Shown here piece after piece: positions 41,667-50,902 of a stretch of 64,000 nucleotides of DNA (positions within the stretch are counted from its first letter, which is position 1; each line of letters begins with the position of its first letter). The stretch is from NCBI GenBank assembly GCA_024277755.1, contig JAJRUN010000005.1, positions 2,298 to 66,297 on the forward strand, read 5' to 3'. This DNA is from Gammaproteobacteria bacterium (GTDB lineage: Bacteria > Pseudomonadota > Gammaproteobacteria > Tenderiales > Tenderiaceae). The translations under genes and the position numbers were made by a program. The notes beneath the pieces were generated by a model, which saw only the letters and a list, made by a program, of their open reading frames with translations, made no database searches and was not told the origin of the DNA.

Positions 41667-41858
41667 ATTCTCATCTCTTCCAGTTATTAATTTTAATCAA
41701 AGACCGCATTTTATCATCATTTAAATGATATTAACCCCTTGAAGATAAATGGCTTTTTAACAGCCCAAAGTATTAAACAATAATCATAACTCTATTGCCT
41801 AAACCTAAAATATCTAGTATATATTCGGGATTAATATTTGAGGCACCAGGAGAAGGGA

Positions 41859-42413
41859 ATGTCCCCAAACAAAGCTAGCGCAGATACTGCAAGCAAGAAA
41901 AAAGCCGTATCAAAGAAAAAAGCAGCACCCAAGAAAAAAGCAGCTGCAACAAAAAAATTAAGTGCCGCTGAAGCCAAAGCAAGAGCAGACAAGCTTTTGC
42001 AGGGCTTTGGCAACTTCGAACCCTATAAAGAGAAAAAGGGCGAGGAGTACATGAATGACGATCAAATCGAGCACTTTCATTTACTTCTGACGGCCTGGAA
42101 ACACGCACTGATGGAAGAAGTGGATAGGACCGTACAACACATGCAAGATGAGGCGGCTAACTTCCCCGACCCCAACGACCGTGCCAGTCAGGAGTCAGAC
42201 TTCACCATGGAACTGCGTGCTCGTGATCGCGAACGAAAACTAATCAAGAAGATTGAAGAGTCTATTAACACGCTTGATAGCGAAGATTACGGCTTTTGTG
42301 AAAGCTGTGGTGTTGAAATCGGAATTCGCCGTCTCGAGGCACGGCCAACAGCGACACTTTGTATTGACTGCAAGACTCTCGACGAAATCCGCGAAAAACA
42401 AAAAGGGGGCTAA
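41859..42413 (+). CDS. dksA: RNA polymerase-binding transcription factor DksA with a Lys/Ala-rich N-terminal extension
   Basis: ATG 41859 is preceded by AGGAGA. The core [20 protein letters not shown]...[11 protein letters not shown]...[26 protein letters not shown] (C4 zinc finger) is collinear with E. coli DksA. The first 45 aa or so are [45 protein letters not shown]. Confidence 0.9.
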   Translation: MSPNKASADTASKKKAVSKKKAAPKKKAAATKKLSAAEAKARADKLLQGFGNFEPYKEKKGEEYMNDDQIEHFHLLLTAWKHALMEEVDRTVQHMQDEAANFPDPNDRASQESDFTMELRARDRERKLIKKIEESINTLDSEDYGFCESCGVEIGIRRLEARPTATLCIDCKTLDEIREKQKGG

Positions 42414-42424
42414 CGCCCCCTTTT
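42401..42424. terminator. Rho-independent terminator overlapping the dksA stop codon
   Basis: AAAAGGGGGC, loop TAAC, GCCCCCTTTT. The stem is perfect and A/T tracts on both sides allow bidirectional use. Confidence 0.75.
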
Positions 42425-42460
42425 CATTGAAATGCCAGACCAAGGCAAAATACTTATAAG

Positions 42461-42811
42461 CTAACTGGCCTTGGTCTCTTTGTTATTACCTAGCTCACTA
42501 ATTTTAGTCTCACAGACCTGACTCATCTGCAAGCGATTGGCATTTACAAAGGCCATAATATATTCAAAGGCAGAGGGGTTGGTCTCTTTGACTGAGTTTT
42601 CCACCAGCAGGCATTTTTCACCATCCACAATACTTGGCCGCACATCATTTGAATAGTGAAGGCGATTATCCTTACCAAACGTGGCCATGGTGGTTGAAAT
42701 ACGCTCAATCCAATCACTGGGACGAAACTTGCGGCCATCCTCAGTAACACTCCTGATGACCAGTTTACAGCCTGTTATCAATTCCATTGTATGACTACCT
42801 GCATGGGACAT
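42461..42811 (-). CDS. DUF3579 domain-containing protein
   Basis: 116 aa, or 108 aa from ATG 42787 (MELITG). VTEDGRKFRPSDWIERIS...RLHYS...P matches my recollection of DUF3579. Confidence 0.6.
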   Translation of the reverse strand: MSHAGSHTMELITGCKLVIRSVTEDGRKFRPSDWIERISTTMATFGKDNRLHYSNDVRPSIVDGEKCLLVENSVKETNPSAFEYIMAFVNANRLQMSQVCETKISELGNNKETKAS

Positions 42812-43041
42812 GCTTGGCTACGATGCCAGAAATTCCCTATTTAAAGACTTTATTAAGGTGTTGCCTATCGAAAATATCGGCAAATCACCAAAATTCATGA
42901 GCGGCATTATACATTGAAGTCAACTTTATTCAGCAATCCCCTTTCATAAAATATGATGTTTTCGCATAATTAAGGTGAAACCATTCATTACATCCGTCCA
43001 TAATCATACAATTTTAATGACAACGACCCATGGGAGGGTTT

Positions 43042-45009
43042 ATGAGCATCGAAAACATTGACTCGATACTCCACGAAGAGCGCTTGTTTCAACCTTCGGC
43101 AGAATTCGTTAAAAGCGCTTCAATCAACTCGCTAGAAAATCTGAAAGATTTACATGAGCAAGCCGAGCAAGACTATGAAGGTTTCTGGGCCAAGCTCGGT
43201 CACGATGAAATCAGTTGGCAAACCCCCTTCAGTAACGTCCTTGATGACAGCAGAGCACCTCACTACCAGTGGTTCAGCGATGGCAAAACCAACGTCTCAT
43301 ATAACTGTCTGGACCGTCACCTGGAAAGCCGTGATAATAATAACGCCATTATTTTTGAAGGTGAAAATGGTGATATCAAAACCCTGACTTATCATGAGCT
43401 GTATTCACAGGTATGCTGTTTTGCCAATGCCATGAAGGCTCGAGGCATTGGTAAAGGTGATCGTGTCGTCATCTACATGCCAATGACACCAGAAGCTGTG
43501 GTGGCCATGCAGGCCTGTGCTCGTATTGGCGCGATTCACTCGGTTGTCTTCGGTGGCTTTTCGGCAGAATCACTCAAAGACCGTATCGAAGATGCAGGAG
43601 CCAAAATGCTCATCACCGCCGATGGTGGCCATCGCGGCGGAAAAATTATTGAGCTGAAACAAGCTGCTGACAAGGCACTGGCTGGTGGTTGCGCCAGCAT
43701 TGAAACGGTTATTGTTTTCAAACGTACCGGTCACGATGTCGGTTTCAATCCAGATAAAGATATCTGGTGGCATGATGCCATCAAGGATATGGACAACAAT
43801 TGCGAGCCAGAATGGGTGGAAGCAGAGCACCCGCTGTTTCTGCTTTATACCTCTGGCTCCACCGGCAAACCCAAAGGCATTCAACACTCAACAGCGGGAT
43901 ACCTGCTTGGTGCCATCCTCACAATGAAGTGGGTATTCGATATCAAGGATGATGATATCTATTGGTGTACAGCCGATGTAGGCTGGATTACCGGGCACAC
44001 CTATGTTGCCTATGGCCCACTGGCAGTGGGTTCAACCGTACTGATCTATGAAGGCGCACCCACCATCCCCGATTGTGGTCGTTTCTGGGATATCTGCGAA
44101 CGCCACAAGGTCAGCATTTTCTATACAGCCCCCACCGCGATTCGGGCACTGATGAAACAAGGTGATGAATTTCCAGCCAAGTACGATCTTTCCAGTATCC
44201 GCCTGCTTGGCACCGTCGGCGAACCCATTAACCCTGAAGCCTGGATCTGGTACCACAAAATCATCGGTGGTGAGCGCTGTCCTATTGTAGACACCTGGTG
44301 GCAAACAGAGACCGGCGCCCACATGATTGCTCCAATACCCGGTGCGGTTGCAACCAAACCCGGCTCCTGCACCCTACCCCTGCCCGGCATCATGGCTGAC
44401 GTTGTCGATGAAGCTGGCAACAGCATTACCGAGGCCAACAAAGGCGGCTTTCTGGTGATCAAAAAACCCTGGCCCTTTATGCTGCGCACGATTTGGGGTG
44501 ATGATGAACGTTACATCAATACCTACTGGCCAATGTTTGACGGCAAATACTATCTTGCTGGCGACAGCGCCCGACGCGACTCAGATGGCTATTTCTGGAT
44601 CATGGGGCGCATTGATGATGTGTTAAATGTCTCTGGACACCGCCTCGGCACCATGGAGATTGAGTCTGCCTTGGTAGCCCATCCTCGCGTTGCTGAAGCG
44701 GCTGTGGTCGGTCGCCCTGACGAGATCAAGGGTGAGGCAATCTTTGCCTACGTCGTTTTAAAAGGCGACCGCCCTGAAGACGGCATTGATAAAAAGCTAA
44801 CTAAGGAGCTGCGAACATGGGTCAGCGAACAGATTGGCCCAATCGCCAAGCCTGATGACATCCGATATGCAGATAATCTACCCAAAACTCGCTCCGGAAA
44901 GATCATGCGGCGCTTACTGCGAACCATCGCCCAAGGCCACGAAATAACCCAAGACACCTCCACGCTGGAGAACGAATCAATCCTACAACAACTGCAAGGC
45001 AAGCGCTAA
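43042..45009 (+). CDS. acs: Acetyl-CoA synthetase
   Basis: ATG 43042 is preceded by GGGAGGG. It has the AMP-binding motif [18 protein letters not shown], and a C-terminal SGKIMRR containing the acetylatable Lys. Confidence 0.95.
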   Translation: MSIENIDSILHEERLFQPSAEFVKSASINSLENLKDLHEQAEQDYEGFWAKLGHDEISWQTPFSNVLDDSRAPHYQWFSDGKTNVSYNCLDRHLESRDNNNAIIFEGENGDIKTLTYHELYSQVCCFANAMKARGIGKGDRVVIYMPMTPEAVVAMQACARIGAIHSVVFGGFSAESLKDRIEDAGAKMLITADGGHRGGKIIELKQAADKALAGGCASIETVIVFKRTGHDVGFNPDKDIWWHDAIKDMDNNCEPEWVEAEHPLFLLYTSGSTGKPKGIQHSTAGYLLGAILTMKWVFDIKDDDIYWCTADVGWITGHTYVAYGPLAVGSTVLIYEGAPTIPDCGRFWDICERHKVSIFYTAPTAIRALMKQGDEFPAKYDLSSIRLLGTVGEPINPEAWIWYHKIIGGERCPIVDTWWQTETGAHMIAPIPGAVATKPGSCTLPLPGIMADVVDEAGNSITEANKGGFLVIKKPWPFMLRTIWGDDERYINTYWPMFDGKYYLAGDSARRDSDGYFWIMGRIDDVLNVSGHRLGTMEIESALVAHPRVAEAAVVGRPDEIKGEAIFAYVVLKGDRPEDGIDKKLTKELRTWVSEQIGPIAKPDDIRYADNLPKTRSGKIMRRLLRTIAQGHEITQDTSTLENESILQQLQGKR

Positions 45010-45065
45010 CTCACCAACATGGCCAGCCATCAAAGGCTGGCCACTCATTACCCATACAAGTCATA

Positions 45066-45094
45066 TTGACATTATACAGGCACTCTGTTTTAAT
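45066..45094 (+). promoter_or_regulatory. Sigma70-like promoter candidate in the acs / tRNA-Asn intergenic region
   Basis: TTGACA (45066-45071), a 17-bp spacer, then TTTAAT (45089-45094). No ORF follows it. Confidence 0.35.
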
Positions 45095-45099
45095 CACGT

Positions 45100-45300
45100 T
45101 GTCCTTATTGTTTGTATGGCCTTTATACTAGAGGATAGGTTAGCAGATATTAAACATAGGCATATGTGATTATTAGTGGCTGATGCATTCTTAAAATGTC
45201 ATGCAACGGAATGAGGTCAAAAAATTATAGGTAATGTACACCTCCCAGTACTCACTTATAAAAAACCCAATAGGGGCACACGCCAGTCGCCCCTTTTTTT
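45100..45300 (+). ncRNA. Candidate small RNA (promoter-to-terminator unit, about 200 nt)
   Basis: It is bounded by the promoter candidate above and an orphan intrinsic terminator: AGGGGC (45272-45277), an 11-nt loop, GCCCCT (45289-45294), then T7. There is no ORF with a usable SD. It contains the anti-SD-like CACCUCCC at 45239-45246. Confidence 0.3.
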
Positions 45301-45424
45301 CCTCATAATTTTTTGAAGCCGACTAAATTACCTCCTTAACAGACCGTATTTTTAACGGCCATAGCAGAAACTGCTTTTGTGCCCAAAAATTAATCAGTTA
45401 AGTAAAAATTAATAGCTAATCATG

Positions 45425-45453
45425 TTGACGTTTAAGATTCTTCACAGTAACAT
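45425..45453 (+). promoter_or_regulatory. Promoter candidate for tRNA-Asn
   Basis: TTGACG (45425-45430), a 17-bp spacer, then TAACAT (45448-45453). It lies about 28 nt upstream of the mature tRNA 5' end. Confidence 0.4.
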
Positions 45454-45480
45454 GTGCCCCACAAATCAAGCACGATTTAT

Positions 45481-45556
45481 TCCCCGGTAGCTCAGTTGGT
45501 AGAGCAAATGACTGTTAATCATTGGGTCGCTGGTTCGAGCCCGGCCCGGGGAGCCA
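45481..45556 (+). tRNA. tRNA-Asn (anticodon GTT)
   Basis: A 76-nt cloverleaf folded by hand. The acceptor stem is TCCCCGG/CCGGGGA and the D arm is GCTC-AGTTGGTA-GAGC. The anticodon stem AATGA/TCATT carries loop CTGTTAA, and the T arm is GCTGG-TTCGAGC-CCGGC. The discriminator is G and CCA is encoded. Confidence 0.95.
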
Positions 45557-45561
45557 CATTT

Positions 45562-45591
45562 AAAAAAACCGCCTAACCGGCGGTTTTTTTT
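45562..45591 (+). terminator. Rho-independent terminator after tRNA-Asn
   Basis: AAAAAAACCGCC, loop TAACC, GGCGGTTTTTTTT. Confidence 0.8.
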
Positions 45592-45644
45592 CGACCTTAG
45601 TTTGTTAAACAAAAACTAAGAAAGCGCATGCTAACATCGCATTT

Positions 45645-46175
45645 ATGAATAATAAGACAGACCAAGAGGATGCTGAGTTATTCCGCCAGGCAATGGCCGG
45701 TGTCCGCCGTCTCACAACGGATCATCGCCCCCACACACCTCAACGCCTCAGAGCAGTAAAACGGCATGCAACAACAGATGAGCCGCAAATGATTGATACA
45801 CTGTCTGATGAATTCGAACCACATAGTGAGCCCCATCAGGAAAACGATTCGTTTACCCGACCCGGCATCCAAAAACAGCTACTCAAAAAACTTAGGTTGG
45901 GAAAGATACCGATTGAGGACGAGCTGGACTTGCACGGCTATAGGGTTGAACAGGCACGCCAGATCCTGGCTGGTTTTCTTAATCACTGCCGTGAACATGG
46001 CTTTCGCTGTGTCCGCATCATTCATGGCAAAGGCCTGTCATCACAACAGCCACCCGTGCTAAAGAGAAAAACCCGGTACTGGCTGCAACAACGGGATGAG
46101 GTACTGGCCTTCTGCCCGGCCCATCGCTCAGGTGGAGGTAGTGGTGCCGTCTTTATCCTGCTCAAGCGAGGCTAA
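45645..46175 (+). CDS. Smr domain-containing protein (SmrA-like)
   Basis: 176 aa. The C-terminal Smr domain is LDLHGYRVEQARQILAGFLNHCREHGFRCVRIIHGKG. Confidence 0.82.
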   Translation: MNNKTDQEDAELFRQAMAGVRRLTTDHRPHTPQRLRAVKRHATTDEPQMIDTLSDEFEPHSEPHQENDSFTRPGIQKQLLKKLRLGKIPIEDELDLHGYRVEQARQILAGFLNHCREHGFRCVRIIHGKGLSSQQPPVLKRKTRYWLQQRDEVLAFCPAHRSGGGSGAVFILLKRG

Positions 46176-47668
46176 AAGAAATAGCCCAGCTTAACCTGGA
46201 AATAATCATCATTGCGAAACATATAAAGCGGATCCATCGATTCCAGGCTTGATGTGCCACGATACTCCAGTCCTAACCTCCAGCTCTGTCCCAGACGCCG
46301 ACTCGCCTCGATAGTTGTGGAAATAGCCCCTCCATCCAGGTCGGATATAACCCCTACCAATATCTCGCTACTTTGCATATCATTAAAAACCCAACGCAAC
46401 CCTAGCATCACGTCATCTTCAAACGGCCCGGGCGCAAACTCACCTCGATCATCATAAAGATATTCAAGTAGCAAGCCGAGATCCATGCTGCTATCAAGCA
46501 AGCCTACGTGGGTATATTCAAAGCCAATTATAGCCTGTGTGTAGCGCTGGTCTTTTTCTTTTGTCGAGGTCGCCTCAAACTTCCACGCCCAATCACCGAG
46601 CAAGGCCTGCAAGGTCAACCCGGTTTGTTCAATCAGGTTATAGAGCGGCAATAAATACTCAGGCTGACCAAAAGAATTCAGAACTGGCACAAACCCTGGA
46701 ACACGGCTGGTACCTGAAAAATGCGACAGACCAATATCCCAGTCACCAATGTAATGAGACCAGCGAACCGCCCAGTCCATATGTTTATCCTTTTCATCCG
46801 ACTCATACAAGGCATCCTGCGCCGTGTTAATGACTAACGGCCCTCGCAGACGTCCATTCACACCCGCAAAAGTTTGTTCACGAAACAGAGGCAATACAAA
46901 CAACTCCCATGTGCCCCAGTCTGTAAACCGGTTTAGATTAAACATTGGCTGGCCCAGCTTTTCTTCACGGTCCAAGTTCTCAACAAGGTCAATCTGATTA
47001 ATCACATCAACCAGATGCAAAGACTCTGTTACCCCCCAAAACACTTTGCCAATCCCCAGGCGCACCTCCCAGTCCCCCATGGCATTAATCCACATCAACT
47101 CGCGCACATCGGCATGGTTACGCTCTTCATCCTGATCCCCTACCCGCACAAATGGCACGAAGGTCAAACTGGATTTCCTATCATTCCAGCTTATGTATAA
47201 TTCTGGCTGAATAGCCAAAGACGTAGTTGATCCGTGCTGTTCAGCATATAAAGGATCATCAAAAAACATTCTCCGCTCAGCGGTCAAAGAACCTGAAATT
47301 GTTGTTCTAAAGGTAGAAGGTTTTGGTATGGCTTTGGGTTTTGGTTTTGGTTTTGGTGAGAAACGTTTCACCGCTGCCGACCAGCCGATATCCCGCAACC
47401 TTTGCTGATCATAAAGTGCCTGACTAGTGCGTTCGAAAGGGCCAACCAATACAACCTCAGCGGGTCTGCCAATCACATCAACCGTTCTTTGTTCAACATT
47501 AAAACCATTTTTTTCAAGCTGCTGAAGAATCTTTTTTGCCGTTGCCTTATCAGAAAACACTCCAACCTGCAGGTATGGAACTTTATTATTCGCCTGAACT
47601 GCCGCAGCAACAAAAAACATCATTATCGCAGCAACGATGTTGATTAGAGCAACTCTATTAATGCACAT
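46172..47668 (-). CDS. Secreted SPOR domain protein fused to a predicted outer-membrane beta-barrel
   Basis: 498 aa. The signal peptide ends AAAVQA-NNK. A SPOR-like module (YLQVGVFSDKATAKKILQQLEKNGFNVEQ...VVLVGPFERTSQAL) is followed by the linker SPKPKPKPKAIPKPS. About 380 aa of alternating amphipathic segments then end in ...YFQVKLGYFF, an aromatic C-terminus typical of OMPs. GAGG lies 5 nt upstream of the ATG. Confidence 0.7.
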   Translation of the reverse strand: MCINRVALINIVAAIMMFFVAAAVQANNKVPYLQVGVFSDKATAKKILQQLEKNGFNVEQRTVDVIGRPAEVVLVGPFERTSQALYDQQRLRDIGWSAAVKRFSPKPKPKPKAIPKPSTFRTTISGSLTAERRMFFDDPLYAEQHGSTTSLAIQPELYISWNDRKSSLTFVPFVRVGDQDEERNHADVRELMWINAMGDWEVRLGIGKVFWGVTESLHLVDVINQIDLVENLDREEKLGQPMFNLNRFTDWGTWELFVLPLFREQTFAGVNGRLRGPLVINTAQDALYESDEKDKHMDWAVRWSHYIGDWDIGLSHFSGTSRVPGFVPVLNSFGQPEYLLPLYNLIEQTGLTLQALLGDWAWKFEATSTKEKDQRYTQAIIGFEYTHVGLLDSSMDLGLLLEYLYDDRGEFAPGPFEDDVMLGLRWVFNDMQSSEILVGVISDLDGGAISTTIEASRRLGQSWRLGLEYRGTSSLESMDPLYMFRNDDYFQVKLGYFF

Positions 47669-47682
47669 CTGAACCTCTGACT

Positions 47683-48480
47683 TTAGCGCGCCCGTTTAAG
47701 GTCATTAACCTGAAAATCACTCTCTTTCAGACCAGTACGAAAACGATAATTTCTCCACACAATTCGGGTTGTCTTGCCGGTCTGGTGATTTTCCATAAAC
47801 ATCTCATCTGGCCGCCAATGGTGTTCCAGATACTTTTTATAACCGATAAAGGTCAGTGTCTTGAGTAAACCGTTTTTACGATCATAATAATCTGTTCTCC
47901 GCGGTAGATACTCTTCCTTGTCTATCCAGGTCACCTGACGGGTATAGCCTGAATATTTGTCTACAGGATATCGCTCAACCACAAAACAATCCATGCCCTG
48001 ATACACCTCATCACGAAGGTACTTGTAGGTATATTTTTCTACCTCCTGCGAACCCAGATCTTCATAAGCAAACTCACTGCCCATATAAGGACCATCTTTC
48101 TTTTTCGAGGCAATCCGCTTCACCCGTTTAAGCGCGGGCAGATACAACCACTGATCATCAGATTTTACCTTATACGAATACGTCAACATTGCCGTACCCT
48201 TAACATCAGCGGGTTCATCAAAGATAGACATGCCTTTATCACCATCACCTTCAACCTCTAAACCCAAAACCCGGATGTAGCGACGGCTCTCATCACCACG
48301 GCGGTTTTTTAAAATCATCTCCATTTCAGCCCTGAAATCACCAAAGCCATTGCCGCGTCTATCCGCTTCCTGGGAAATTTCAAGACCACGTTCTTCAGGC
48401 GTTTGTGCGCTGGCATATAGAGGGTTCAGAAATGCTGCCAGCAACAGCGAAACCATAAAATATTTTTTGGGCATATTCAT
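47683..48480 (-). CDS. LolA-like outer membrane lipoprotein-sorting family protein (periplasmic)
   Basis: The best start is ATG 48480 (AAGGAGG lies 8 nt upstream and spans the RND stop), giving MNMPKKYF... The signal peptide ends LYASA-QTP. The body (WLYLPALKRVKRI...GSEFAYEDL...) matches the LolA_like family as I recall it. Confidence 0.78.
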   Translation of the reverse strand: MNMPKKYFMVSLLLAAFLNPLYASAQTPEERGLEISQEADRRGNGFGDFRAEMEMILKNRRGDESRRYIRVLGLEVEGDGDKGMSIFDEPADVKGTAMLTYSYKVKSDDQWLYLPALKRVKRIASKKKDGPYMGSEFAYEDLGSQEVEKYTYKYLRDEVYQGMDCFVVERYPVDKYSGYTRQVTWIDKEEYLPRRTDYYDRKNGLLKTLTFIGYKKYLEHHWRPDEMFMENHQTGKTTRIVWRNYRFRTGLKESDFQVNDLKRAR

Positions 48481-48493
48481 TAGCAACACCTCC

Positions 48494-50782
48494 TTATTGG
48501 TTCATTTCATCAAACTTCATTAACAAAGTGGGCAATAACAAAAAGTCTGCAACCAACGCAAGCATGATAGTCGTCGCGGTCAATTGAGCCATAGATGAGT
48601 TTAATTCAAATGCAGACAGTGATAACACTAAAAATCCGGCAATCAACGCCAGAGAGGTTACCCACAAGGCCATGCCCACGGTAGAAAAGGCATAACGCAC
48701 CGCGTCCTGACTCGATAACCCCTGCTCTCTGCGTCCACGCTGATATTTGCTCATAAAGTGTACAGTGTCATCAACCACAATCCCCAGGGTCATGCCCACC
48801 ACCACAGATAGGGCTAACCCCACCTGACCGACAAACATACCCCACAAGCCAAAGGCCATGGCTGCAGGAACAAGGTTTGGAACCAGACTGATTGCCCCCA
48901 TTTTCAACGACCTTAGCGCAAACACCAGAATCAATGAAATTAACACCAGCGCAATCACCGTGCCCAGTAACATGCTGCGCACATTACGATAACCAATATG
49001 CGCGAACATGATCGCCGGGCTGGCACCACTGCCGTGCATGGATGATTGTGCGTTTTTGTGTAGCCATGCCTGAGCCCTGTCTTCCAACGCCAGCAACTGA
49101 TTGGTAGAAAGACTTTCCAGGCTGACATCCATTCGCGTCGCAGATTTATCCAGATTGATCTGGTTATTCAGATCCAAACCATACGGCAAAGACATTTCAT
49201 ATAACAACAGATATTGTGCCGCCAGCTCACGCAGATCAGGAATACGATACCAGACAGGCTTATCACCGTGCATATTGCGGTTTACCCGCTTCATTACATC
49301 CGTAAAAACGCCGACATGCAGCACACCCGGCTGTTGACGATACCACTCGGCAAACCTTTCAAGATTTTCAAGGTAGATGGGTTCACTAATCCCCCCACTT
49401 TCACCTGTGCCCAGCGAATAACTAATCTGGTACATGCCGGTGAGATTATCGGTGATGTAATCGGTATCTGTTCTAAACTCAATTGTCTCATCGAAATAAT
49501 TGACGAATTCATCATTCAGTTCATTGGCCGGTATAAACATAATCAATCCCACCACCACAGCCAACATGCCCCACATGATTCTGGCCCGTTGCCGCACCAC
49601 AAAATCTCCCAGGGTCTGCATGAACAACAAGCCTCTAGAATCGTGCCTTGGCGGCTTAACCGGCAAAATCGCGATCAAGGCGGGAAACAGCGTTATCGAT
49701 AACAGATAGCCGGTCACCACACCCATCGCCACCATGTTACCCAGGTCACGAAATGGCGGCGCATCAGAGAAGTTCATACTCAAAAAACCAATCGCCGTGG
49801 TCATGCTGGTAATAAATACGGGCTGCATATTGATACGCATACTCTCAGTCAATGCCTGGAATTTATTTTGACTAAGACGATAATTTTGCAGAAAATTGAT
49901 CAAAATATGCACGCAATGAGCCACCGCCATAGTCATCACCATTGTTGGCGTTGAGGCTGTCGGCGGACTCAATTTTATGCCCACCCAGCCTGCCAGTCCC
50001 ATGGCTGAAATAATGGCGAATATAATGACCAGCAGTGTTGCAATCGTGCCGCTAATCACCCTGACCGATAAACCGACCAATACCAGAATCACCAAAAACA
50101 TAATTGGCACCAGTGTTGCAAAGTCGCTCTGTGATGCCTCAGTAAAAGCATTATTCATAAACAAAATACCGGTCAGGTGTATTTTGATCTGTGGATATTT
50201 GGCTTCATATTCACTTGCCAACCCGCGTACAAACGAAATCACCTCAGGCGTTTCGGTTTGCAGGTTGATCTCTGGCAAATGAATGGTGATATTGACACCC
50301 GTTACATGCCCCGAAGGTGAAATAATACGATTCAGCAAACTGGGTTCAGCCAGGGCAACCGCCTTGACCCGCGCAATTTGTTCCGACCCAAACGACAAGG
50401 CGTCTTCAACCAGGTTTTCAACCACCAGGTCATCCGCATCGGCATAGGTGTGTTGAAAATTGGTCACCGAATCCACACGCAGCGAATACGGCGTCTGCCA
50501 GGCGGCTTCGGTGATCTGTTCGACAATATCTAAAATTTCGGGGCTAAAGACGTTACCGGATGCCGGCGTAATCACCAGCAAGGCATTGTCGTTTTTATTG
50601 TAGGTATTTTGCAGATTGTCAAAGGCCTGCAACTGAGGGTTTTCTTCACTAAAGAAAATACGATAATCATTGGTGAAGCTGAGAAAACGGACTCCACTGG
50701 CCGCAGCAAGCACCCACACCAGGGTCAGAAGAATGACCAACCAGCGCCAACGGATCAATACAGCAGTATAACGTTCAACCAT
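48494..50782 (-). CDS. RND superfamily exporter, MMPL/HAE3 (HpnN-like, COG1033-type)
   Basis: 762 aa. Two repeats, each with one TM, a large periplasmic loop and a five-TM bundle (sterol-sensing-like). It has no AcrB-type docking features and no adjacent MFP or OMF genes. Confidence 0.82.
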   Translation of the reverse strand: MVERYTAVLIRWRWLVILLTLVWVLAAASGVRFLSFTNDYRIFFSEENPQLQAFDNLQNTYNKNDNALLVITPASGNVFSPEILDIVEQITEAAWQTPYSLRVDSVTNFQHTYADADDLVVENLVEDALSFGSEQIARVKAVALAEPSLLNRIISPSGHVTGVNITIHLPEINLQTETPEVISFVRGLASEYEAKYPQIKIHLTGILFMNNAFTEASQSDFATLVPIMFLVILVLVGLSVRVISGTIATLLVIIFAIISAMGLAGWVGIKLSPPTASTPTMVMTMAVAHCVHILINFLQNYRLSQNKFQALTESMRINMQPVFITSMTTAIGFLSMNFSDAPPFRDLGNMVAMGVVTGYLLSITLFPALIAILPVKPPRHDSRGLLFMQTLGDFVVRQRARIMWGMLAVVVGLIMFIPANELNDEFVNYFDETIEFRTDTDYITDNLTGMYQISYSLGTGESGGISEPIYLENLERFAEWYRQQPGVLHVGVFTDVMKRVNRNMHGDKPVWYRIPDLRELAAQYLLLYEMSLPYGLDLNNQINLDKSATRMDVSLESLSTNQLLALEDRAQAWLHKNAQSSMHGSGASPAIMFAHIGYRNVRSMLLGTVIALVLISLILVFALRSLKMGAISLVPNLVPAAMAFGLWGMFVGQVGLALSVVVGMTLGIVVDDTVHFMSKYQRGRREQGLSSQDAVRYAFSTVGMALWVTSLALIAGFLVLSLSAFELNSSMAQLTATTIMLALVADFLLLPTLLMKFDEMNQ

Positions 50783-50902
50783 AAATCAGTATTCCTCAGG
50801 CAACAACGCTGTAACTATCTATTTTTAAAGTAGTTAATAAAACTAGCATGCCCAGTATATTAGCCAAGATCAAGGTACGCGAAACAACATAAATATGCGA
50901 AA

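Noticed and set aside
41716-41729. Perfect 14-bp palindrome ATCATTTAAATGAT in the divergent cbbY-like / dksA promoter region, a possible operator
   Set aside because: It is AT-rich and sits in an AT-rich spacer. A palindrome of this size is expected by chance a few times in 64 kb, and no regulator gene is adjacent to link it to.
45330-45338. ACCTCCTTA, identical to the 3' tail of 16S rRNA; on the minus strand it reads TAAGGAGGT, a perfect Shine-Dalgarno
   Set aside because: There is no ATG, GTG or TTG within 4-12 nt downstream on the minus strand. The first ATG is about 25 nt away and opens only a 16-codon ORF. A 9-nt match is too short to indicate an rRNA fragment.
45481-50902. Possibility that tRNA-Asn marks a genomic island containing smr and the RND module
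   Set aside because: I saw no integrase, no direct repeat of the tRNA 3' end downstream, and no evident compositional shift in the genes. tRNA adjacency alone is insufficient.
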